Origin: Flavobacteriales bacterium
GTDB taxonomy: Bacteria > Bacteroidota > Bacteroidia > Flavobacteriales_F > PHOS-HE28
Direction: 5' to 3'
DNA length: 64,000 bases
Assembly: GCA_016717305.1 (NCBI GenBank)
Contig: JADKFY010000010.1
Coordinates: forward strand, 28,279-92,278
Under the pieces are notes generated by a model. It did not search any database, had not been told where the DNA came from, and saw nothing but the letters and a program-made list of their open reading frames with translations. Numbering within the stretch: position 1 is the stretch's first letter; each line of letters starts with the position of its first letter. Made by a program: the position numbers and the translations under genes. This document shows positions 21,865 through 29,061 of this stretch, piece by piece.

Positions 21865-23224
21865 CGTCGGGGCGGTGCTTTTTGCGGTGTCCGTCAGCAT
21901 GGCCCAGCCAGCCGGTGTTGTTATCGATCGCATCATTGCGGTAGTTGGCAGGCAAGCCATTCTTCATTCCGATCTCATTGCTCGCGTTGATCAAGACCGC
22001 CAGAACGGGGCTATTATCAACCCGGTAGTCGAGTGCGGGGCGTTCGAGGACCTGCTCTATGAGAAACTGTTGGTGGAACAAGGAAGGATCGACAGTGTTG
22101 AGGTGGATGAAGCACAGATAAAGGCTGAACTTGATCGCCGGATTCGATACTTCTCGGCCCAGTTGGGAGGGGATGTTGAACTGGAGAAATTCTATGGCAA
22201 ATCGGTCACCGAGATCAAATCGGATTTTAGGGACCAGGTCCGTGATCAACTGATGGTGCAGAATATGCAACAGACGATCACCTCAGACATACGTATCACA
22301 CCAAGGGAGGTGCAGCGGTTCTACCAGCGAATACCTGAAGACAGTGTGCCGTTGATCAATGCCGAAGTGGAATATGCCCAGATCTTGCGTATCCCTAAAC
22401 CAAGCATTGATGAAGAGCGAAGGGTTCGTAGGAGAATAGAAGAGTTCCGGGAGAGTGTGCTCGGCGGGGAAAAGGACATGTGTACGGTGGCGACCCTGTA
22501 CTCCGAGGATCCTGGATCGGCCAAGGATTGTGGGGAACTGGGACTGGTTCCCTTGGGCACAATGGTCCCCGAATTCGATGCAGTGGCGATGAGCTTGAAG
22601 GAAGGGGAAGTGAGCCAAGTGTTCAAGACGCAATTCGGTTACCACTTCATGCAGATGGTGGAAAGACGCGGAGAATATTACAATGCGCGCCACGTGCTAA
22701 TGAGACCGCAAGTAGGTTCAGCTGAATTGCAGGAGGCGCGTCTTTTGTTGGATAGTCTTGCGGGACTTGTTCGGGACGGTATGGCAACTTTCGCCGACCT
22801 TGCCACCAAGTATTCCGATGATGAGGATAGTAAGGGCGCGAACGGACTGATGATCGAGCCCAACAGCAATTCGCCGCGGTGGGATATGGGTGATCTGGAA
22901 CAGCAGACATTCTTCGTATTGGACAAGTTGAAAGAACAAGAGATGAGCGATCCGCAGCTGATCGTAATGCCGGATGCGACCAAGGCGTACCGTATCGTCC
23001 AACTCATTCTGCGTTCCCCTCCGCACCGTGCCAACCTGAAGGACGATTATCGGATGATACAGCAAGCCGCTGAAGGTAAAATGCGTGCAGAGGTTGTGGA
23101 CAAATGGGTGAGGGATCGGCTTGCCAATACGAATGTCCGGATCGTGGACAAATACACCACTTGTACATTCGGCCATGATTGGTTGAAGACCACAGCCGAC
23201 CAAGGTGGAAAGATCGACCCTTGA
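21842..23224 (+). CDS. surA: SurA-like periplasmic chaperone / parvulin PPIase
   Basis: Signal peptide MMWRSFSSVGAVLFAVSVSMAQ, SurA_N region, one parvulin block (...GELGLVPLGTMVPEFDAVAMSLKEGEVSQVFKTQFGYHFMQMV). Overlaps the upstream gene by 23 nt. Confidence 0.7.
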   Translation: MMWRSFSSVGAVLFAVSVSMAQPAGVVIDRIIAVVGRQAILHSDLIARVDQDRQNGAIINPVVECGAFEDLLYEKLLVEQGRIDSVEVDEAQIKAELDRRIRYFSAQLGGDVELEKFYGKSVTEIKSDFRDQVRDQLMVQNMQQTITSDIRITPREVQRFYQRIPEDSVPLINAEVEYAQILRIPKPSIDEERRVRRRIEEFRESVLGGEKDMCTVATLYSEDPGSAKDCGELGLVPLGTMVPEFDAVAMSLKEGEVSQVFKTQFGYHFMQMVERRGEYYNARHVLMRPQVGSAELQEARLLLDSLAGLVRDGMATFADLATKYSDDEDSKGANGLMIEPNSNSPRWDMGDLEQQTFFVLDKLKEQEMSDPQLIVMPDATKAYRIVQLILRSPPHRANLKDDYRMIQQAAEGKMRAEVVDKWVRDRLANTNVRIVDKYTTCTFGHDWLKTTADQGGKIDP

Positions 23225-23239
23225 CAACGACAACGAGAT

Positions 23240-24193
23240 ATGAGCGATACACAGGCAGTAGAACAATTCGGTGAGCATTACCGCAAGCTCAAGGCAGAGA
23301 TCGGTAAAGTGATCATTGGTCAGGAAAAAGTGGTGGATCTGGTATTGCTGGGCATCTTCAGTAGGGGGCATTGCCTGCTGGTAGGCGTTCCGGGTTTGGC
23401 CAAAACACTCTTGGTCAACACCGTTGCTCAAGGACTTGGTCTCAGTTTCAACAGGATCCAGTTCACCCCGGACCTGATGCCCAGCGACATCATCGGCTCG
23501 GAGATCTTGGACCAGGACCGTCGGTTCCGGTTCGTTCGTGGCCCCATCTTCGCGAACATCATATTGGCGGATGAGATCAACCGCACCCCGCCCAAAACAC
23601 AAGCGGCACTTTTGGAAGCGATGCAAGAGAAGGCCGTTACGGCGGCTGGTTCCACCCACCTCTTGCCAGAGCCCTTCTTCGTGCTTGCCACCCAGAACCC
23701 GATCGAGCAAGAAGGCACTTATCCATTGCCCGAAGCACAGTTGGACCGCTTCATGTTCAACATCTGGGTGGATTACCCCACGTACGAAGAAGAGCTGTCC
23801 GTCGTAAAAGCAACCACCGGCGATTCCAAACCAGTGGTACAACCTGTGCTTTCAGCGGAAGACATAATGCGCTACCAGGGCTTGGTCCGGCGGATACCGG
23901 TCGCTGACAATGTACTGGAGTACGCCGTGAAACTCGCAACACGTACACGTCCAGGTTTACCAACTGCCCCGGCCATTATCAACGAACACGTCAGTTGGGG
24001 TGCAGGTCCAAGGGCCTCGCAATTCCTTGTGGTGGGAGCGAAGGCACACGCTTTGGCGCACGGGCGGTTCTCTCCGGATATCGCCGATGTCCAGGCCGTT
24101 GCAACCCCTATTCTTCGGCATCGGTTGGTCCGGAACTACAAGGCAGAGGCGGAAGGGGTTACGGTGGATAAGATCGTGCAAGGGATCTTGTAG
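23240..24193 (+). CDS. MoxR-family AAA+ ATPase
   Basis: Walker A LLVGVPGLAKT, Walker B ILADEINR, the sensor region, and the ~317-aa length typical of MoxR. Confidence 0.85.
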   Translation: MSDTQAVEQFGEHYRKLKAEIGKVIIGQEKVVDLVLLGIFSRGHCLLVGVPGLAKTLLVNTVAQGLGLSFNRIQFTPDLMPSDIIGSEILDQDRRFRFVRGPIFANIILADEINRTPPKTQAALLEAMQEKAVTAAGSTHLLPEPFFVLATQNPIEQEGTYPLPEAQLDRFMFNIWVDYPTYEEELSVVKATTGDSKPVVQPVLSAEDIMRYQGLVRRIPVADNVLEYAVKLATRTRPGLPTAPAIINEHVSWGAGPRASQFLVVGAKAHALAHGRFSPDIADVQAVATPILRHRLVRNYKAEAEGVTVDKIVQGIL

Positions 24194-24283
24194 ACGGGAT
24201 TCGGGGGTCTCCGTCGGTGCGAAGATCTTCGGATCCGAACCATGTGAAGAACGCGAACACAACGTGTCGCACACGCTTCCATT

Positions 24284-24308
24284 TTGAGATCTGTTCGTGC
24301 TATCTTTG
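24284..24308 (+). promoter_or_regulatory. putative Bacteroidota sigma-A promoter (-33 TTG ... -7 TAtcTTTG)
   Basis: TATCTTTG (24301-24308) matches the TAnnTTTG -7 consensus about 20 nt upstream of the ATG at 24328. A TTG lies ~17 nt further upstream. Confidence 0.3.
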
Positions 24309-24327
24309 ACAAATACGTTACTGAGAT

Positions 24328-25116
24328 ATGCAGACCGAAAAAATTCTAAAGTACCTATTCGCAGTGGTCTTCACTTTCGCAATGTTCGAAGGTGCTGTAA
24401 TGGCCCAAGGAATTCATGTCGACATTGGTGTTCAACATCTTGAAACCGACCAGATCCAGATTTGGCTGATCTCAGATTCGACGTGGACGGGTTACTTGTC
24501 TTCTATTCAATGGACCCTTAGGTGGGATGAGGTCTCAACCGCAACACTAAGTGATCTTGTAGCTTCTTCATCCGTGGCTTTCCTTGATGGCCTTCCACAG
24601 TCCGGACCAACCGGTGATGCCAATGGTTACCACCATGCCTTGTTCTCCGCTGTTCCTGGCCAGAACGCCACATCCTTTATTGCAGATGTACCGTTGCTAC
24701 TGGGCACCTTCAATGTGACTAACGGTCCTGGCAATTTTGAGATCGCCGATGATGCGTGGACCCTTGCCAACAATGGCGATTACTATATTTCCTTGAATGG
24801 CCAGCCAAGTACCGGCGAAATCGTGGACCTCACCACGGCTGTTCAGACCACCGTGTCCTATTCTTCAAGTGCAACGCTATTCCCAAATCCTACGAATGGC
24901 AACTCGGTACTGACCGTGGAATTGGAACAAGCTGGCTCCTTGGATATTCTGGTGTTCGATCCAGCAGGTCGTTTGGTCGAGCAACGAAAAGTTACCGCCA
25001 ATGCAGGGGAGTTCCGCTACACCATGGCCAGCCAAGCATTGGCCGAAGGGCTTTACTCCATTCAGGTGGATGGTCCTGGAGTGTTCGCCACGGTCTCCTG
25101 GTTGGTAGTTCGTTGA
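24328..25116 (+). CDS. T9SS type A C-terminal-domain secreted protein (hypothetical)
   Basis: Signal peptide. C-terminus ...ATLFPNPTNGNSVLTVELEQAGSLDILVFDPAGRLVEQRKVTANAGEFRYTMASQALAEGLYSIQVDG matches the Por_Secre_tail pattern (NPT.., D..GR.V, L..G.Y). Confidence 0.6.
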   Translation: MQTEKILKYLFAVVFTFAMFEGAVMAQGIHVDIGVQHLETDQIQIWLISDSTWTGYLSSIQWTLRWDEVSTATLSDLVASSSVAFLDGLPQSGPTGDANGYHHALFSAVPGQNATSFIADVPLLLGTFNVTNGPGNFEIADDAWTLANNGDYYISLNGQPSTGEIVDLTTAVQTTVSYSSSATLFPNPTNGNSVLTVELEQAGSLDILVFDPAGRLVEQRKVTANAGEFRYTMASQALAEGLYSIQVDGPGVFATVSWLVVR

Positions 25117-25129
25117 AGTATCCTTTGGA

Positions 25130-26389
25130 ATGTTCAATTGCCACGTTCCCTTGCTTTCATTGCTGGCTTTACTTAGCCCTTTTGGTGCCGTACTTGGCCA
25201 GAACTGGGAAGTGTTCGACATGGGCAACAGTCCTATTCCGAGCACAACGGTGAATGCTATTTCCGAAGATGGGTCGGGAGGGATCTGGGCAGGTACGGAT
25301 TGGGGGCTTGCACATCGCGACGCTGTCGGCACGTGGGAAGTTTTCCAAACGGCGAACTCGGAGATCCCCAGCAACTTCATTACGTGCTTGGCCTCGGACA
25401 GCACGGTGCTCTGGGTCGGAACGCAGGTCAATGGCTTGGCGAAATGGGATGGAACTGAATGGACGAATTACACCACAGCGAATTCGCCACTCCCGGAGGA
25501 TGTGGTGCGTGATCTATTCGTTGACCACCGCCATTGGTTATGGGTAAGTACTGCAAGTGGCTTGGCGGCATACACCGGGAGTGAGTGGTTCGTGTACGAC
25601 GGTACCGATGAAAGTCAGAATGACTTGATCCTGAACACGAGCAGTACAAGTTGTGTGGCGGTGCGTGAAGATGGGACCATTTGTTTGGGTACGATCAATG
25701 GAGGGCTTCATTTTCTGACCGATACGAGTGTCTTTTTCCTTACTATTTCGCAAGATGGTTTCTTCGACAACACGGCCACCGATGTCCTCTTCGATCCCGT
25801 GAATGGTGAACGTTGGGTGAGCACGCCATCGGCTGGGCTGCTAAGGCAACAAGGGCCTGTATTCGGCGGGGTGTGGTACAGATGGAGTACCGCTATTGGA
25901 TTCCCTAGCAATAGCATTGGCGCTATTGACATGGACCAGCAAGGTCGTGTCTGGTGCGCCACACAAGCGGCAGGGGTGATCAGGGTCGAAAGTGATGGTT
26001 CCCATGTTCAATTGGACCAGGTCACATCCGGACTGCCGGACAACGAGCTAAGATCGATATTGACTACTTCCTCGGACGATGTTTGGGTGGGAATGATTTA
26101 TGGAGGTCTGGCTCGCTACATTGTAAACGTGGGAGTCGAAGAGTTCGGAAATGAACTATCCCTGAAGATCTTTCCGAACCCGACATCAGATCGTTGTACT
26201 GTTCAGTTCACCAGTTGTGCTGCTGATCTCAATTGGAACTTGGCCAGCGGCGACGGTAAGGTTGTACAACAAGGCAGGAGTATGGGTTCAATTTTGGAAC
26301 TGGACTTGTCGGGAACCGATCCCGGAACCTATATTCTTGAGTTAGTTCAAGATGAACTTGTTCGGCATGGGAGAATTGTAATACAATAG
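25130..26389 (+). CDS. beta-propeller (two-component-regulator-propeller-like repeats) T9SS-secreted protein
   Basis: Signal peptide. Repeated ...W.GT..GL..WDG..W..YT..NS.LP... blades. C-terminal T9SS domain (LSLKIFPNPTSDRCTVQF...GTYILELVQDELVRHGRIVIQ). Confidence 0.6.
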   Translation: MFNCHVPLLSLLALLSPFGAVLGQNWEVFDMGNSPIPSTTVNAISEDGSGGIWAGTDWGLAHRDAVGTWEVFQTANSEIPSNFITCLASDSTVLWVGTQVNGLAKWDGTEWTNYTTANSPLPEDVVRDLFVDHRHWLWVSTASGLAAYTGSEWFVYDGTDESQNDLILNTSSTSCVAVREDGTICLGTINGGLHFLTDTSVFFLTISQDGFFDNTATDVLFDPVNGERWVSTPSAGLLRQQGPVFGGVWYRWSTAIGFPSNSIGAIDMDQQGRVWCATQAAGVIRVESDGSHVQLDQVTSGLPDNELRSILTTSSDDVWVGMIYGGLARYIVNVGVEEFGNELSLKIFPNPTSDRCTVQFTSCAADLNWNLASGDGKVVQQGRSMGSILELDLSGTDPGTYILELVQDELVRHGRIVIQ

Positions 26390-26453
26390 GACCTTCCTTG
26401 ACTTGGACGGTCCTGCATGTTACTTTAGCGGACCCCAAAACAACATTCAGCTG

Positions 26454-28172
26454 ATGATGAAACAACTACGTGCGCTGGCTCTCGTCTTGTTACTTATGTT
26501 GGGCCTTCCGGAATATACCAGTGCGCAATGCACACTGACGAATGCAACGAGCTGTGTTTGCGCCACTGCAGGCCAGACGAATTGTGATCTGCTCCCGGAC
26601 ATCACCATCTCATGGAAAGGACTGGAGAGTTATGGTTCATATGGTGGACCCAGTGAATATCCCCAGAACCACGCGACCAATCCGGGAAGATTACGTGTTA
26701 CGGGTTCCACTCCTAATATTGGTAATGGTCCGTTGAATGTGCGTGGCGTGAACAGGAACGGATATCGCTTTTTCCTTTGTGGCAACGAGCTTGATTCGAT
26801 CTATGACGTGAATGCAACGAACGATTATGTGCCATGCCCGGATGCAAAACAACTCATCCTGCAGCGTGTCTATCATAAGAATGGAAATGCGATGAGCTTT
26901 ACGGAGCGCTTTGCTGGAACTATGACCTATCACCCTACGCACGGCCACAATCACGTGGATGACTGGGTCACCTTCTCGCTACGTTCCGAAATACCAGGAG
27001 AAACAAATGCATTGAACTGGCCAATTGTGGGGACGGGGGCGAAGGTGGGATTTTGCTTGATGGATTACCATAGCTGCACTGCGAGTATTGCTAATGGTCA
27101 TTGTCGAACATCGCAAGAATACCAAGGTGGAACGGCCTTGAATTCAACAACTAACTATCCGAATTACGGCTTGGGAGGTGGGAGCTACAATTGCAGCCAA
27201 GTTTCACAGGGCATCACAGTGGGCTATACGGATGTTTACTGGGAGGAGTTGGATGGAATGTGGATCAATATTCCACCTGGCACCTGCAATGGGAACTACT
27301 GGGTGGTAATGGAAGTGGATCCTCGCAACAACTTCATAGAAGAGAACGAGAATAACAACTGGACCGCGGTTCCTTTTACCCTTACCCAACAAGTGCCGGG
27401 GGGCGGCCCATTTGCCAGCATCACGGCGTCCGGTGCTACCACCACATGCGCTGGTACACCCCTTACACTTACCGCAGCTTTCGGTACGTCCTATGCATGG
27501 AGTAATGGTGCTACAACACGGACGATCACACCGACCACATCAGGTTCATATACCTGCACGATATCAGGAAATTGCGGTACGGATGCGGCAACCACTTCCG
27601 TTACCTTCTTGAACGCTGCCACTCCGGTTGGGACCGGTGCACAGATCCCAGGTCCAGGGCAGGCCACCTTGCAAGCAACGGGGGGCAATGTACATTGGTA
27701 CGATGCCGCATCAGGCGGTGGCGAAGTAGGTACTGGAAATCAATTCACTACACCATTGATCAGTGGAACAACGACCTATTGGGCGGAGAACCAGGTGGTG
27801 CAACCCGGCCTGTCCGGAAATGTGGGAAAGACAAATAATAGCGGTGGCGGTGGATATGGCACGTTCGACCAACATTTGGTCTTCGATAGCTTTCGACCAT
27901 GCAAGTTGCGCAGCGTGAAGGTATATGCGCAAAGCGCCGGGAATAGGACGTTTCAAGTGCTCACTTCGGCCGGTGATCTGGTCGCCCAAGCCACTGTGAA
28001 TGTGCCTAATGGCGAGTCGCGAGTAACCTTTGAACCTGGATCTGCCACAGGCGACCGATTGCGCTTGAAAGTGACGACGACCAGTATCAACATGTACCGT
28101 AACAACCAGTGGAACCGCATTTCCTTACACCATCAACAACTTGGTCAGTGTAAGGACCTCCAGCGCGGGTGA
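26454..28172 (+). CDS. lysyl-oxidase-like (copper amine oxidase LOX-fold) secreted protein with Ig-like modules; 3' end possibly degraded
   Basis: ATG at 26454 gives MMKQLRALALVLLLMLGLPEYTSAQ. LOX-catalytic-domain blocks: HPTHGHNHVDDW (Cu-His cluster), KVGFCLMDYHSC....GHCR (compare KASFCLEDTSCDYG), and DGMWINIPPGTCNGNYWVVMEVDPRNNFIEENENNN (compare DCQWIDITDV.PGNY.L.V.VNP...ES.Y.NN). C-terminal Ig-like and beta-sandwich modules follow, but no T9SS tail. The ORF stops, and its continuation appears in other frames. Confidence 0.6.
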   Translation: MMKQLRALALVLLLMLGLPEYTSAQCTLTNATSCVCATAGQTNCDLLPDITISWKGLESYGSYGGPSEYPQNHATNPGRLRVTGSTPNIGNGPLNVRGVNRNGYRFFLCGNELDSIYDVNATNDYVPCPDAKQLILQRVYHKNGNAMSFTERFAGTMTYHPTHGHNHVDDWVTFSLRSEIPGETNALNWPIVGTGAKVGFCLMDYHSCTASIANGHCRTSQEYQGGTALNSTTNYPNYGLGGGSYNCSQVSQGITVGYTDVYWEELDGMWINIPPGTCNGNYWVVMEVDPRNNFIEENENNNWTAVPFTLTQQVPGGGPFASITASGATTTCAGTPLTLTAAFGTSYAWSNGATTRTITPTTSGSYTCTISGNCGTDAATTSVTFLNAATPVGTGAQIPGPGQATLQATGGNVHWYDAASGGGEVGTGNQFTTPLISGTTTYWAENQVVQPGLSGNVGKTNNSGGGGYGTFDQHLVFDSFRPCKLRSVKVYAQSAGNRTFQVLTSAGDLVAQATVNVPNGESRVTFEPGSATGDRLRLKVTTTSINMYRNNQWNRISLHHQQLGQCKDLQRG

Positions 28173-28240
28173 CCAGTATTACTATTACTGCTACGACTGG
28201 GACGTAGCAGAACCTGATCCTGACCTGTGCCAGTGCTCGG

Positions 28241-29005
28241 GTGCCGGTTGTAGCCGAAGTCTCCAATGGTGTAGTCGTGAATGTGAAAGCATTCCTGGAA
28301 GGGCCATTTGACACCGCCAACGGGTTGATGGCGGATTCGCTCCGTGTGAATGGACTTATTCCTTTGTCGGAGCCCTTCAGCGCAATGGGTTTCACACAAG
28401 CTGGTGGAGGAGGCGGTGAGGTTATGCCTGCAAGTATGCTAACAACCACAGGCAACAATGCAATAGTGGATTGGGTGTTGGTTGAACTACGTAATGCTTC
28501 AGTCCCGGCGACTATCGTTGCCACACAAAGCGCATTGATCACGCGGTCGGGGAATGTCATTTCCGCCAACGGGAGTCCTGTGCGATTGAGCGTGCAGAAT
28601 GGAAATTACTACATCGCCCTTCGGCATAGGAACCATTTCGGTGTCATGTCCGCAGTACCACTTTCCCTATCAGCTTCGGCCACAAGCTTTGATCTTTCCT
28701 TGCTCAGTACGGCCACGTGGGGCACGGAGGCCCGTAAGACGAAGGGTGCCGTGCAGACACTGTGGTCAGGAGAAGTGGTGCGCGATGGAAAGATCATGTA
28801 TACCGGTTCGGGTAATGATCGTGATGTAATGCTTGTCACCATTGGTGGTGCTGTAGCTACCAATGTTGCAAATGGCTACTTGCGCGATGACCTTAATCTG
28901 GATGGTCGGGTCAAGTATACCGGTGCGGCCAATGATCGCGACCTGATCCTTGTCAACATCGGCGGAATGGTCGCTACCAACATTCGCCATCAACAGTTAC
29001 CTTGA
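28241..29005 (+). CDS. dockerin-like EF-hand repeat domain ORF lacking signal peptide (possible orphaned C-terminal fragment)
   Basis: GTG start only; no ATG until codon 29. The frame is open from 28208. Two DxNxDGxVxYTG..NDRD..LV.IGG repeats (DGKIMYTGSGNDRDVMLVTIGG / DLNLDGRVKYTGAANDRDLILVNIGG). Different frame from the upstream LOX-like gene. Confidence 0.35.
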   Translation: MPVVAEVSNGVVVNVKAFLEGPFDTANGLMADSLRVNGLIPLSEPFSAMGFTQAGGGGGEVMPASMLTTTGNNAIVDWVLVELRNASVPATIVATQSALITRSGNVISANGSPVRLSVQNGNYYIALRHRNHFGVMSAVPLSLSASATSFDLSLLSTATWGTEARKTKGAVQTLWSGEVVRDGKIMYTGSGNDRDVMLVTIGGAVATNVANGYLRDDLNLDGRVKYTGAANDRDLILVNIGGMVATNIRHQQLP

Positions 29006-29061
29006 CCCCCTTGAACGTTTCCCTGCCGTCCCTCTATTCCAAACACCCTGATACTAGAACC

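Noticed and set aside
24756-25253. 165-aa plus-strand ORF overlapping two T9SS genes
   Set aside because: Alternative frame spanning the 24328..25116 / 25130..26389 junction. Cys/Trp/Arg-rich. No support.
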